Source: Octopus vulgaris (lineage: Eukaryota). Taken from it: DNA of 64,000 nt. Made by a program: the position numbers and the translations under genes. The stretch covers positions 49,042,001-49,106,000 of the forward strand of contig OX597830.1 of NCBI GenBank assembly GCA_951406725.2, written 5' to 3'. The notes beneath the pieces are model-generated. The model did not search any database. It was given only the letters and a program-made list of their open reading frames with translations, and was not told the origin of the DNA. Positions within the stretch are counted from its first letter, which is position 1, and the number at the start of each line of letters is the position of its first letter. This document shows positions 1-14,620 of the stretch, in pieces.

Positions 1-135
1 TCGCCATCACCGCCGTCACTTGGCATGCTGCCCACTTGTCCGGATCCATCTCGTTTCGTGACCCCACTCACCACAGTCGTGACGCTAGAGCCGGGATCCA
101 GCATTAATCGGGTCGTATACATTAGAAATATCAGA
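1..135 (-). CDS. Candidate host-gene exon at the window edge (unverified)
   Basis: The minus strand has a pyrimidine-rich tract ending ...gtctgtctcag (AG at 137-136). One frame then stays open to the window edge: LIFLMYTTRLMLDPGSSVTTVVSGVTKRDGSGQVGSMPSDGGDG. The stretch is GC-richer than its surroundings. An internal G|GTGAGT donor (71-66) would instead give a 64-nt exon. No protein homology recognised. Confidence 0.3.
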
Positions 136-324
136 CTGAGACAGACGCGCACAGAATGGAGAGGCGGAGTTGAAAGGGATGAAGAGGAGGATATGTAGAT
201 GTACGTATATCTGTACCTGGGAGTGGGCATAAAGGGAATGGCGCTTGTTGGTTTGGTGTATGTATATATTCATGTGCATATGTGTGGAAGTATGTTGGCA
301 TTGGTTACTGGGAGTGTGGTGATG

Positions 325-337
325 TTTGTGTGCGTGT

Positions 338-378
<41 letters not shown>
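325..378. repeat. (TG)n microsatellite
   Basis: Directly visible. Confidence 0.95.
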
Positions 379-379
<1 letters not shown>

Positions 380-439
380 AATAGTTGAATAGTGTGAAAG
401 TATGTATGTGAGTATATGAGACTGTGTGCGAATAAAAGT

Positions 440-945
440 GTTGAAGAAGCACATAGGTTGGTAAAGAACATTTTAAATGTAAGGTGAGCAGTTGCATAGA
501 CAAAAGCAAGTAGTGGAGGAATCGTAGTTTTAAGGAGTGGAATTGTGAAAAGAGGGTTAATGTTAAAATTCGAAAATGAAAGAATAAAAAAAGAAAACGG
601 TTTCCATAAGTTGAATTTCGTTGTGACAAATATCCGAGGTACAGGTAAATAGTTTAGGAGAAAGGGAAAATGTCCAGAAAGATAGCACAATGTGAGGTGA
701 AATAACGCATGAAAAGTGAAAATTAAGACGTTGCAGGTACGAACGAAAATGGCTGGCGGAAATAGGAGAGAAGAACAAATGAGATAATATTTTTTTTTAG
801 AGAAGAATGGACACAAGGAGGGAAAGCAGTAGAAAAATGTGAGCGCACGTGTGTAGGTTAACAGGTTATAGAGGGAGTGACGTCAAGAAAAAGTGAAAGG
901 GGGTAAGAAAAACGAGGGATTTATAGCTGAAGTATAGGAGAATGC
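440..945 (-). mobile_element. Highly decayed CR1/L2-like LINE ORF2 remnant
   Basis: Minus-strand translation RIFVTTKFNLWKP loosely resembles the post-RT LG..F...L.W..H region. Texture is similar to the remnants at 10.6 kb and 35.6 kb. Weak. Confidence 0.3.
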
Positions 946-1087
946 TGAAGTGCTGAAGTGTGAAGGTGTGAGAGAGTGCGAAGAATACTTGTGTTTGTGT
1001 ATATGTGTGTCCGACTGGTTGTGTGTATGCAAGTGTGAAAGAGACAAAATGTTAGGCGACCAGAAGATGTATGTGTGTATATTCCTT

Positions 1088-1340
1088 CATTCTTTTACTT
1101 GTGTCAATTATTTGATTGCGGCCATGCCGGAGCACCACCCCTAAAGGATTTTTAGTGGAAGAATTCGACTCCAGGACTTAGTCTTTGTAAGCCTAGTACT
1201 TATTTTATCAGTTTCTTTTGCCGAACCGCTAATTTACAGGGGAGTAAACACACCAACATCAGTTGTCAAGGGATGATAGGGAGACAAACACAGACACAAA
1301 AACACACACACATACACACACACATATACACTTACATACA
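1088..1340 (-). mobile_element. SINE family B, 3' part
   Basis: Reverse complement matches the copies at 11370, 19766 and 59575 (cttgacaacc.atg.tggtgtgttta...agcggttcggcaaaa.a.accgata.aataagtac...catggccgca). Confidence 0.85.
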
Positions 1341-2394
1341 GCTTCTCTTTTCGCCTGATGCATGTATTTGTCCACGTAATCATACATTTGCCTTACCAGC
1401 GAATAATCCCATTATTCCTCGATGTAATCACTCATCAGTTTTGTAACCGTTCTTCCTGCAGGTTAGTTCATTAAACAATCTGACGAAAGATATTTCTTTA
1501 AACGTTGGACTTCTCCTCTTCTCGATTCTACTTTGCCCGTTTTTTTTTTTTTAATTTATTAATAACCGTATAACACCGTCGCTATTTGCCTTAGACCCTA
1601 CTGTTTACTAAATAAATTAGCAAAAACTCCCTGATTCGCTGGATAAAAATATTAAGTTTAGCAGAGGAAATTAGGAAAATAGAGATTAGAAGTTCCAACA
1701 GAATTAGCAAACCAGCCTCATAACTCGTATCACTACAACAGGGATTAGGCACACTCTTTTAACGAAGCTTTTCATCATAGATGTCAACTGGCTCATCCTC
1801 AACGCTCTTATCTCAAGGGACACCTTTACTGTCTATATGTAACTCCCAAACTATTGGCATTCTTAGGATTTATTCATATGTAAGCCCCCAAACTAATGAC
1901 CCCGAGCAATTCAGAATGAACATAATCCCAAATAATCCCAGTGATTAGTTGTTAGTGTTATTTAACTCCAGGTCAAATCATCCTGATTCAATAATCCAGT
2001 TATCAGAAGCATTGGATCACTGGCCTTTCCACATACTTGTGACAGTTTATCTAGGAAAGGTTTTCATTGCTTTCAAGATCTTAAATGCCACTTGAAGTAT
2101 ATGATTTTGATTTTTGATTTTCCAGTTTCAGCTAATGAGCTGTGGCTATGCTGGGGCACCGCCATTTATGTGGGTGTTATTTTTAGCAGGTCGCGTATCC
2201 ACGCAATAGTTGGTTTCTCTGTTCCCTCTCTTAATTCAACAACTTGATAGCAGTCATGCTTGGAGAGGGATGGGCTTTCCAGGTCCAAGATACCCTTAAT
2301 TCCTACGGTTTTGCAAAGAGATGCTTTCGCGGGGGGACACTCACACATATATACACAGACTCAGGCTTATCTTCGTCGGTATCTCAGTCTGTGC

Positions 2395-2622
2395 GGCGAG
2401 CTGGCAAAGACGTTAGTACGCCGGGCGAAATGCTTAGCAGTATTTCGTCTACCGCTACGTACTGAGTTCAGATTCCGCCGAGGTCGACTTTGCCTTTCAT
2501 CCTTTCGGGGCTGATAAATTAAGTACCAGTTACACACTGGGGTCGATGTAATCGACTTAATACCTATGTCTGTCCTTGTTTGTTCCCTCTATGTTTAGCC
2601 CCTTGTGGGTAATAAAGAAATA
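2395..2622 (+). mobile_element. SINE family A, full length, with 17-bp TSD
   Basis: Head ggcgagctggca..., B-box-like gagttcagattcc, core gaggtcgactttgcctttcatcctttcgggg. Exact TSD ggtatctcagtctgtgc at 2378-2394 and 2623-2639. Confidence 0.92.
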
Positions 2623-3400
2623 GGTATCTCAGTCTGTGCTCAGTACTTATGTACTGAAACAGGCCCTAACCATTATGCGCACAACCCTTTCCCCACAACC
2701 CAAATAATGAAAGTCTCCAGAACTGTTGTGTTTCAGTATTTGCTAAAACCGTATATATAAACGATAATGATGCAAGGTGCCCTGATTACAGTTGATTAGC
2801 TGTAAAACACGAAGTAGAAACAAATATTTCATTTCTATAATTTGTCATTTTAAATTAGATTGCATTCTAATTCCCCGATTCTGCCTTCACACAAATTAGA
2901 TTTGTTTCCTTAATTATATTTAACATTTATAATATACCACCATTTCCCCTAAAATTTATAACGCTGTTTCATCTAAATATATTTTCTAAACGATAATCGT
3001 TCATTCTCTTCTGTCACTTCATATCGTCTTTGTAAACATTTTTCTTTCGCTGCGATTTTCTTCATTCACAATATACTCTATTATTAAATATAACTACTTT
3101 CTCATTTTATTTTTCACGATATTATTGCAAATTTCTATAAACGAAACCATGACAGCACAATTGATTTGAAATATTTTTTTATAGTTTACATGTATAACAT
3201 GGAAGAGAAAGAGAGGGCGAGAAAGAGAGATGGAGGAACAAAGAGTCTGTTTCAACAAATTCTGTGATGCTAACTAAATTCTGTGCAGAAATTGTTGTTG
3301 TCTCACATCCCCAATCCTGTTTAAAACTTCACATTTTTCACTCCTGTGCTCAGCAGAGTTTCGGCCAGATGTCCATTAAACGATAGGTCATCTGACAATT

Positions 3401-3750
3401 ATCTTTTACGTGTTTCAGTCTGCAGCCATGCTGGGCACCATCTTGGAGAACTTTTTAGTGGAATGAGTCAACCCTGGGACCTACTTTTTTAAAGCCTGGT
3501 ACTTATTCTATCGGTGTCTTTTGCCGAAATGCTAAGTTACGGGGGCGCAAATACAACGGTTGGCAAGCGGTGGTGGGGGACTAGCACTGATATACGCGTG
3601 CGCACACACACGCACATACACGACGGACTTCTTACAGTTTCCGTCTACCAAACTCACTCACAGAACTTTGGTCGCCCTGAGGCTATAGGAGAAGACAGTT
3701 GCTTAAGGTGTGAAGCTGTGGGACTGAACTCGGAACCATGTGGTTGGGAG
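3401..3750 (-). mobile_element. SINE family B, near full length
   Basis: Reverse complement contains ccacatggttccgagttcagtcccac (tRNA-like head, B box) and the family B body. Confidence 0.85.
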
Positions 3751-3959
3751 TCGTTAATGAGGCTTATATCTAGAGATTCTACTGAGAGACAATTATAGCG
3801 ACAAATTCATTACAAAAGGTTTACTCATGTAGCTATTGTACGCTTGTTTATCTTGCTTTTATTTAAATATCGAGGGTAGGCGGTATTGAATCCTTTGATA
3901 TGAGTGAGTGTACACGACAGGACATATATGAGAAAAGAGGCATGGGTTTAAAGTACACT

Positions 3960-4530
3960 AACAAAGACAACAGATCAAATGGCAGAATCATGTCCCCAAC
4001 AGGGATGTCCTCAAGCAAGCAGGAATACCAAGCATGTTTGCACTCCTCACACAAAGACGTATGAGATGGCTTGGACATGTAAGCCGTATGGAAGATGGCA
4101 GAATCCCCAAGGACATACTCTACGGAGAGCTTGCTAGGAGCACTAGGTCTGTGGGAAGACTGTTCTTACAATACAAGGATGTTTGCAAAAGGGACATGAA
4201 TGCCTGCAACATCTATATTACCAACTGGGAAGCAGTTTCCAGCAACCGTGGAGATTGGCGACATACCGTAAAAGAGGGAACACAAAGGAGTGACAGAGTG
4301 AGAGAGGAGTTATAGAAAGACAAGAAAAGACGTTAACAAAAAAGTATGACATTACAACCATCCAGGCAAAGTCTTCGCTGCATTTGCGGCACCTGCCAGA
4401 GGGAGTGTTTGTCCAGGATAGGACTACACAGCCACAACAGATGTATTAGGACATGAAATGTAAAAGCCGGACTAGATTATTTCATGCGCAACTCCATTGT
4501 CTCCCGAGACTAAAAGGATGCCAACAACAA
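3960..4530 (+). mobile_element. RTE-clade LINE 3' fragment
   Basis: ORF 4034-4315 (QRRMRWLGHVSRMEDGRIPKDILYGEL) is the typical RTE post-RT region. Downstream ICGTCQRECLSRIGLHSHNRC (4382-4444) is the C-terminal Cys/His motif. Ends in a (CAA)n tail. Confidence 0.88.
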
Positions 4531-4536
4531 TATATA

Positions 4537-6300
<1,764 letters not shown>

Positions 6301-6389
6301 GTAAAAACGTACTCCACACTGACATATTCACTATGTATTATCCTGAAAGACACTCTGAAACCAGTATGAATCATACTTAATCAGAAAGA

Positions 6390-6800
6390 ACAATCTGTCC
6401 TTCATGCTTTTTATGTTTTTTATGTTAAAAACCGTTTCTTAGTACATTTTAGAAAAGCAAAACGAACATCGTTCAACCTACTTGTGATGGTACTTCAAGA
6501 AAAAGTCTTGTTATTTAACGCTTCTAAACTCACTTGACAGTTGCTGCAGGCATTGCATTTCTGAAGAGCTAAGTATTTCAATTTTCTGTCACCTGCACTT
6601 GTAGTGGTCCAAGATCTACCAAATCCTTTCTTCCTTGTAGTAGAACCAGTTTTCTGAAAGTGTAGATCTTTTCTGTTTCTTTAGTAAAACTAGTTTTATG
6701 AAAGTTAGATATCTCATTTTTCTATTTTCGCAGCTTTTAGGTTTCAGGACATATCGTGCTTGCTTCAATAAATCCCACAAATTAGATTTTTAATATCTAC
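6390..6800 (-). mobile_element. Tc1-like transposase N-terminal remnant
   Basis: Minus strand reads FQKTGSTTRKKGFGRSWTTTSAGDRKLKYLALQ...TITSRLNDV. This resembles the Tc1 F..TGS....GRPR.TT...DR...TV.RRL segment. Stops and frameshifts present. Confidence 0.55.
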
Positions 6801-8118
6801 ATCAGTATGAAAAACTTTACGCTGAAGAAGTATAAAACCCCACCCACCAAAACTTAACTTAATCTAGTTAACCAAGATGTAATTAGAGCTATTTTACGCA
6901 CAACTTTTGATTTGAACACAAAAAAAATGTTCTTTTATGCTTCTGTTTAAAATAAACACAAAAGTACACATTGACATTTTAAATACTTTTTCAAACATTT
7001 TATGAAAGAAAACAGGAAAATGCAATTCTAAACAACTTATTTTTTTCATCGGTTTCGTATATATGTGCATCTTTAATCTCTTCTGGCATAACTGAAAAAT
7101 TGTATCTTGAAGATGGAAACTTGAAAATTTTTGGATTTTCGTTTTTCCTCATAAAATTCCCATGTCCAAGATTGTAAAATACGTTGTTTTTCAAAAAATG
7201 CCATTTAGAGCATTTAGAGGAAACATTGTAGCGTTGGAAGCTAGTAACAACTTTAAATTGTAACTTATACTTTAATTCACCATAAATGGAAAGAAAAAAC
7301 AATCTCCAAAAGGCCAAAATAAAACCATTCGACTCACTTATGTTCAGAGCTGCACACACAGACGCGCACACGCTAGCTTGAAGTCACCAAACCTTTAGTG
7401 CTACGAAACGAACAACCACCGTTTGGTCGATATTCTTACATTGTCTCCATTTCTCGACCGAGCAGCTTACTGCTCAGATTAACATCAAAGTGAATCAGAC
7501 TTTTTTCGTTTTGTTCTTCAGTTGGGAATATATTGTCATTTGCTGTCACTTTGTAAAGCCGTCAGGATGCTTTCGTATCAAGTAAATATACGTTGGATAC
7601 TACCGCAGTTACTTCCCAATCTGACTGATGTTTGTATTGATTCCTCTCATTTCCTGACCGGCTACCGACGGCTGAAATGAAAACGACATTAAGTGACATT
7701 TCTAAACTCTGTGTGTCTGCCATAATCTCCCAGCGTTGGCAAATATTTCATTAAGCAAAGGGTAGGGGTTCTACGCAAAACTACCATTTCTTCAGAGACA
7801 ACTATTTAAATGATCAATGACACTTTGAAATTCTATTTATGTAGTTCACGGTAACGGATATGTATTTAAATGGCAAGCGTTTGTTGAGCGGGAAGAACTA
7901 AAAATAGTATTTTAAAAGTTGATCAAATGTAGATGTAGAGATACAACAAGCCACTGATTAGTTCAATGCGGATATTCAATAATGTTTAAGCTGGAATAAA
8001 TTGCTTTGAGTTCTTTAGAGTGACAGACATGGAGCCGAACACGAACTAAGACAGAAGAATATTAGTCAGCTAATTTTGATTTAGTTTTCATAAAAAACAA
8101 CGTCAGGACCACACCAAA

Positions 8119-8310
8119 CGCCGTACAAAATGCTTAGCGGCATTTCATATGTTTTTACGTTCTCGGTTCAAATTCTATCGTGGTTGACTTTGCTGCTCAT
8201 CCTTTCGAGGTCGATAAAATAAGTACAAGTAGAGCACTGTGGTCGATATAATCGACTTAACTCCTCTCCCACTAAATTTCTGGCCTTGTACCAATAGTCG
8301 AAAGGATTAC
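8119..8310 (+). mobile_element. SINE family A, diverged, alternative 3' tail
   Basis: aaatgcttagcggcatttc...catcctttcgaggtcgataaaataagtac...ctcccactaaatttctggccttgtaccaatagtcgaaaggatta. Confidence 0.8.
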
Positions 8311-9934
8311 CTATATTCAAGATTTTTGACGTACATGTTGATTATTATAATGTGGTTGCCTTACCATAGATCAAGAATATAAACTGACACGTGTTTATGT
8401 CATAAGAATGATTGCGTAGTTACAAAGCCTGTTCACAAGTATGTGATTTTTTTGTTCAGTCTCTCTGCCTGGCACATTCGACAAGATTCATGTACCATAG
8501 ACTGGGACTCGGCCAAACTGATGTGAATATAATTTGGTAGACAGGAGCTAAATGGAAGCCTGTCAGTGGAACTGCTTCTGTTCTCAGGTGTTAGAATTAA
8601 TCTGGCGTCTCTCTTAACACCGGCACCAGGTATTTTACCAACTTTAACAAAGTCTAATGTCTTGAATTTATTAGGGATGGAACCAAGTTTGATGATAAAT
8701 TATTCCCTCTCCTACACTATCTTGGAAGCCCTAAAGATGGTCACTGACACTGCTTTTTCTCCGTTCAAACATAGAAATTTTGGTGCCTTACCAAATCTTT
8801 CTAACTGTATGAACTGATGTCTTCGATGATCAATTAAAAACAGGTTCTCTTGGTAATTTTGTAGGTTTGGGATAAAATTGCACCCCCTTCTTCCACTAGT
8901 TCCTGCAATCCTAAAGAAGAGCAAATTTCTGCTCTTCTTTAACAAAACTATTGAAATAACCACAATAATCTGAATCTATATGTATTATATATCTTTATAG
9001 GGAGTTCACTGCTTCATAGTTTAAAATACAAAGATAGTTTCCAACGGCATTAGACGAATAGATATTAATAGGGAAATTTCCATATAAAACGAGCGCTGCT
9101 AACTTTTGTTGATAGTAAATATAGGCTAGAAATCCAATTTGAAGGCAGAATAAGACATCAAACTTAATACAGACAATCTTATATTCCTGGTTTTAAGCAA
9201 GAGCCTTTAAGGAGACCTTTTAGGGAAAATGTCAATGAAAGTAACTGGAAAACTCTTCATCAAATCCACATTTGAAATGATGGAACTGATTTGAATAATG
9301 ATTATGTCGTAATAGGGAGAGGAGAATGATTTACGACTTGGGACGACTGAGCGCTGGTCGTAGGGAGTTGTGTAATGGCTTGGAGAAAGTGATAAACAGA
9401 CTTTAAAATGATCACTGAATCATCGGAGCTACTGCTCCTCTCTCAATAAAGATGAAGAGAACTTTTAGTATATACAAATAATAAAAACAAAACCACAACA
9501 AAATGGAAGATATTACATCTGTATCAAGAAGAAGCTGATAAAATAGGTAGAAATGGACTGAGTAACAAGGGACATGAGAATGGAAGCTTTATATTGGATA
9601 TAATACATTACAATATAAGCAGGTGTGATTTATAAGGATAGAACAGAAAGTATATTCAGAAGAAAGACGTAAAATGAAGTGAGGCGTTTAGAAAGTATAA
9701 ACAGAATATAAACAGCAGAAATGTCAGATAAGGGATATTAGAATAGAAGGAGGTATGAAGAAAAGACAAAAGGGAAATGAATGTCTAAATAATAAGGATG
9801 ATAAAATGTTAACAGAAAGAATAATGAAGATGATGATTAACAGGAACAAAGGAAGAATCTCCTGATCAGAGTAGCAGTTCTAAAATACGATATGATAGCT
9901 CGAAAAGAGAAGGAAAACATTATCCTTACATCTG

Positions 9935-10095
9935 GAAATGGAGATAACAAGAATGTGGAGATTGAAAGCAGAAACAATCCGTAGCGGTGCCTTAGGAAAG
10001 GTTGGAAACGTTGTAGACAAATACAAAACCGAAACCACAAGAGTTACAAATATACACAGCTTCCAAAAAGTATTCCATGACTTGCACATATACAA
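9935..10095 (+). mobile_element. R4/Dong-like LINE extreme 3' remnant
   Basis: MEITRMWRLKAETIRSGALG parallels EVTPMWNLKTETLPIIVGALG of the 26.3-kb copy. Confidence 0.6.
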
Positions 10096-10329
10096 GAGTT
10101 AGGGTACATTACATATATATAGTAGGCCATTGTCAATGCATTAAGTATCGTAAAACAAAACATAGTATATGGCCAAGCCATATACAGTTGCACTCGTGTG
10201 CGTAGTGAAAGCGTGTAAGAGAAATAAGAGCTACTGAAATTACACATAAACTATAGTCGACATCTGTTTGTATAATACACCACTACGCATCACTAATTCA
10301 TAAAGCTGAAATGCTATTTACAATTATCG

Positions 10330-10535
10330 TTCAGCAGTACAATCTCTAGATCACATCTTATAGCATCAACACTCAATATCATTATGTAGACATTACTCAC
10401 TTTGTAGAATTAACACTCAGCATACCACTTTATAGAATCAACACTTAGCGTCACAATCTAGACATCACACTCTATAGAATCAACACCCAACCACATAATG
10501 TAGACAACACTTCGTTTATAGAACCAACATCCACC
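10330..10535. repeat. Degenerate minisatellite
   Basis: Recurrent motifs tatagaatcaacac and tagacatcacac. Confidence 0.6.
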
Positions 10536-10599
10536 ACTAAGACAAACAACCCACACATATATGAAATTTGGTGTAGCCATATCTACTAGAGATCTATTC

Positions 10600-11200
10600 C
10601 ACCACTTCACTCGCTAATGGGTCGGCGCCCTCAAGAAATCGGACGCAAACCTTGCTGTTATGCTTGGCATCGGTAGGATATTTTACCGCATCTGGCATGA
10701 GGATTTCCTAATAAAACTTTCGACATTGCACTTCATCCATCTACCTTCATTTCGAATAGTGACTTCCGTAAGATCTCACCCTCAAGGTGTGTTTGAAAGG
10801 TGTGTTCACTCTGACCCATATCGTATCAACTCTGTTGAGCCCCCAGGTTCGATTTTCTCTTCTATATTCTTCATCATCCAACCTTTTAGCTCTAAGTCTT
10901 ACTATTACGCATTTCTGAATGTTCTACTGATACTATAACAGCAGCACTTGGTGCTCCTAGTTGATCAATTTGGACCTACCTACCACCTCTACTCACTAGC
11001 TTCCCTCCCTACTCTACTCTACATCTTTCTCCCTCGTCATCGTTCCATTCATCTCCTCCTTCCCTCACTAATCACTAAACTCAGATTTTCCCTCAGAAAA
11101 TAGCTCTCGCCGCTACAATTCTCTCTTCCCTGTTTATGATTTTCCTGAAGCTGCCAACATGGAACTATTCAATAGGAAATTTAACCCTATCAATCCCACT
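10600..11200 (+). mobile_element. Decayed CR1/L2-like reverse transcriptase remnant
   Basis: ORF 10660-10938: IGRIFYRIWHEDFLIKL resembles DISKAFDRVWHEGLL.KL, and INSVEPPGSIFS resembles INSGVPQGSILS. Confidence 0.6.
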
Positions 11201-11369
11201 GGTAACGGAGCGTCTGTGGAGAGGCCATGGACTCAGCCCAAACTAATAAACAATCATAAAAACACGTATATCGGAAAAGTATCAGGACCCAGCATTGAAT
11301 CGCATCACGAAACCCATACAACACAAGGGACACAAACACTGCCTAATATTACACCACACAAACACACAC

Positions 11370-11550
11370 GCTTGACAACCGATGCTGGTGTGTTCACGTC
11401 CCCGTCACTTAGCGGTTCGGCAAAATAGACCGATAAAATAAGTACAAGGCTTAAAAATAACAAGTCCTGGGGTCGATTTGCTTGACTAAAGGCGGTGCTC
11501 CACCATGGCCGCACTCAAATGACTGAAACAATTAAAAGAGAGTCAAGAGT
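11370..11550 (+). mobile_element. SINE family B, 3' part
   Basis: cttgacaaccgatgctggtgtg...ggcggtgctccaccatggccgca...aaaagagagtcaagagt. Confidence 0.88.
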
Positions 11551-11599
11551 AATTCTACGAAATATAGTTTTAAATCGTCCAATTCCACCACCTGAGGTA

Positions 11600-12850
11600 G
11601 GGTTTCAAACCTCACCTCTATCGCCAGTGGGTCTATATCCAGTTTGAAATGTTTTTTTTTTTAAAGTTTCATTTTTCACATTATGTACCACAATGCACTT
11701 TGTATCTGCTGCGTAGACTTTAGGAAGAATAACTATTGTTATATTTTTAAATTTTGCAATTGTTTTTTCTATCGCTGTGTTCTTTCTATAAGTTACTATC
11801 TGTGCAGATTGCAATGTCTGAGTTTTAACTGTATTGAGTATCTGCCTGTGTGTGTGCTTGATGGGGGATTCTGGATTGTTTTTGTTTTTGCAGTTATGTG
11901 TGCTGTCGGATGTGATATTTTCAGGGAATGCCTGAATTTCGTCTATCTGCTGTGTATGAGACTTCTTTTTCCCCACTTGTGTGCACTTTGATGGTGTAAT
12001 GTTTCTTTCACTTTTTTCTAGATAATAGTCTGTAGCCCTCTTCTGCACTTTCCTGGTCGATTCGCTCCGTGTCAGTCGCGCCTTGGGTCCCTTCTGACAC
12101 CTTCTCCAAACTTTCGAGCTCGGTCAGGATCTCGGCATCTTTCTTTGGTTCTCGGTCCTTTTGGGGGCACATCAAAAAGATGTGCCCCTGTAGCTGTAGC
12201 CATAGCAAGTTGGAGGTCTCTCCTCCACCGTTATTGTCAATTTAATTTCTCCGAATAACTCAATCACTTCCGGAATTTCGTTGAAGTCTGTCTGGGTGGC
12301 CTGGACAACTAATTCCAGGCCATAAACCTATAATTCAATTGCTGCCACCGCGTTGCATGTGCAATTGTTGGGTTTTCTTTTGTTCCCGAAAGTATGGCTG
12401 CTACAATCCATACTGCTTCTATCTCTGGCGGAATCCTGCCAACCCTTACTCTAGCGACTCGCTTCCCTAGGTGGGTTGGCAGGAGCAGCTGTTCTTCCGA
12501 TCTTATTGGTACAGTGGCGCGCTTCTCTGCCACCTCTACAGTGGCAAATCTTACCTCCACTGTACCGTACTTCCTACCACGGGTGTAGTGGGAGATGACG
12601 TCTTTCATTGGTTCGAGACATTTTTCAATGACCTCCTCCGGAGCCACTTCAATCTTCTTTCAGGGTAAACACAAGGTCCTACACGTTACTGTTTTTCTTT
12701 GGTTAATTTCTTCGGGGGAGTTAACTTCACTTTCGACCCCTCCCATTCTGTATAACGGACGCATTCACTTACATTAATATTGAGGATCTTAATTTCACTC
12801 ATTTTCATCTGTGGCACTGTGTTGTTCTATTTACCAGCTACCGACGCGTA
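11600..12850 (-). mobile_element. Decayed gag-like ORF1 of a Tx1/L1-type non-LTR retrotransposon
   Basis: ORF 12309-12647 (YGTVEVRF...LLPTHLGKRVARVRVGRIPPEIEAVWI) is followed, across a frameshift, by ITVEERPPTCYG...GHIFLMCP (about 12240-12165), a degenerate CX2CX4HX4C zinc knuckle, and then a charged tail. Confidence 0.6.
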
Positions 12851-13084
12851 GCTTCTTGCTCATTCTTTCTCGTTGTCCATTTGCGGCATCCTACTTTCCA
12901 TCCCGAACGGGGAAAATATAAAAAAACAAACATGTGTTTTTGAAAAAAAACAAAAACAAAAAAAACACAACCAATTAACCAGCATATCTTCGAATATTTA
13001 CATTTACAGCCCTGAAATAAAATTTCGGAATTTACCATATAAAAATGACATTTGAAAAAATTGCGTTTCTTTTGCGGTTCAGTG

Positions 13085-13530
13085 TATATGGAGATCACCA
13101 TCCCAAAGCTGATATCAACCGCTGTCTGTACTTGAAGAAAGACCAAAGTGAAAGAGGCTTAATAGCAGTAGAAGAATCTGTATAGATCGAGAGAAAATGT
13201 CTAGCAGAATATTTACAGAGCAGTACAAAAAACTACCGAAGACAGTGCATAAAGAACAGGTGGTCGATCAAGCACGTAATAGGAAAAAAACAAAAACAAG
13301 AATGAAATACAAAGAGAGCACATCAAACAGACAATAATTTTAAATAGGTAGAATTTGGAGGATGAAAACTATCAAGGTTGTGCCTATAATAATTGGTGTG
13401 TTGGGAGCAGTAAGCAAATATATAGACAAATGACTGAAGAAGATTGGAATAGAATGCTCTGTAGAGCTCCTACAGAAAGTTTGTCTCTTAGGGGCAGCTA
13501 GTATTATCAGGAGGGTTCTAAGCACTTGAA
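13085..13530 (+). mobile_element. R4/Dong-like LINE remnant, internally deleted
   Basis: YGDHHPKADINR.LYLKKDQSERGLIAVE resembles HPKADI.RLYL.R..GGRGL. Terminal RIWRMKTIKVVPIIIGVLGAVSK...LLQKVCLLGAASIIRRVL*. Confidence 0.75.
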
Positions 13531-13559
13531 AGACTACTGAAAGCTTGTGAATACCTAAG

Positions 13560-14613
13560 GTTACGGGCAACAACACATAAATATTAGAGGAAAAGTGTAA
13601 GAAACTGTACTCGATCTCAAAAGGGGCATATAAATACTGTCGAGGGCCTAAGGCAGTTAAAAAGTGTAAAACAAAAGCCAAACAAGAAAACTTGAAGGAA
13701 ATACCAAGATTGTGGCAAGAAAAAAAAACATTGCATGGGCAAAACTCCAAACGATTTGGGGAAGCTGATGTAGATATGAGAAGAACCCATCAGTGGATGC
13801 AGAGTGTTGGTTTGAAAGCCGAAACAGAGATTTATCCTAGTGCTATGAGATCAGAGTCTCCTTACTTGGAACTGTCAAGCCAATGTCACACACAATGAAG
13901 TAGACACAAAGTGTAGACTCTGAAATGACCAACTTGAGTGTATTGACCACAATGTTGCCGGTTACTCAGTCCTTGCTCCTACAGAATTTAAAACCAGGCA
14001 TAATAGAGTTGGCCAGTACTTATACTGGAGCATATGCCGTTACTATAATATCCCCTAACTTAAGAACTGGTATGAACATCCAGATCCAGTTACTGAGGGA
14101 GAGAATGCTACCATCCTATGAAATTATGGCATGCATACATACAGACAGACAAATAAATAATAACAGACCGGACATCATCATCAAAGATAGGACAAAAAAA
14201 TGCCTGTTAATTGATATGACAGTGCCTCATATGATTGATAGAAACATCTCAGAAAAGGAAATTGAAAAACTGTCGAAATATAAGAGCCTTGAGATTGAGA
14301 TATCTAAGAGGTGACAATCAAAAGCCAAAACTATCCCTCTAGCTGTAGGTGCCCTGTGACTGATCAAGAAAGGTATTGACAAATGTTTTGACCGGATCCT
14401 GGGGAAACCAACAATCTATGAAACTAAAATAATTGTGTTGACGTGAACCGTACACATTCCTAGGAAGTATATCTTCATCTAATATATGTGCCCTGGCTCT
14501 CTGGTTGAGACCCGGTCGGAAGATGACATAAAATGCAAATCAATCGGAAAACAACAGCAACAACAACAACAACAACAACAACAAAAACAACAACAACAAC
14601 AACAACAACAACA
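13560..14613 (+). mobile_element. R4/Dong-like LINE 3' fragment with restriction-like endonuclease (RLE) and (CAA)n tail
   Basis: LHGQ...THQWMQSVGLKAETE, then HTDRQINNNRPDIIIKD...LLIDMTVP...EKEIEKLSKY (the RPD..D..K.KY signature). (CAA)n tail at 14551-14613. Confidence 0.85.
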
Positions 14614-14620
14614 ATTGTTA

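Noticed and set aside
85-816. 243-aa minus-strand ORF as a gene
   Set aside because: It runs through a (CA)n tract and decayed LINE-like sequence, with no coherent protein features.
6340-6370. Hammerhead-like tcctgaaagacactctgaaaccagta
   Set aside because: Core spacing is wrong and stems II and I do not pair convincingly.
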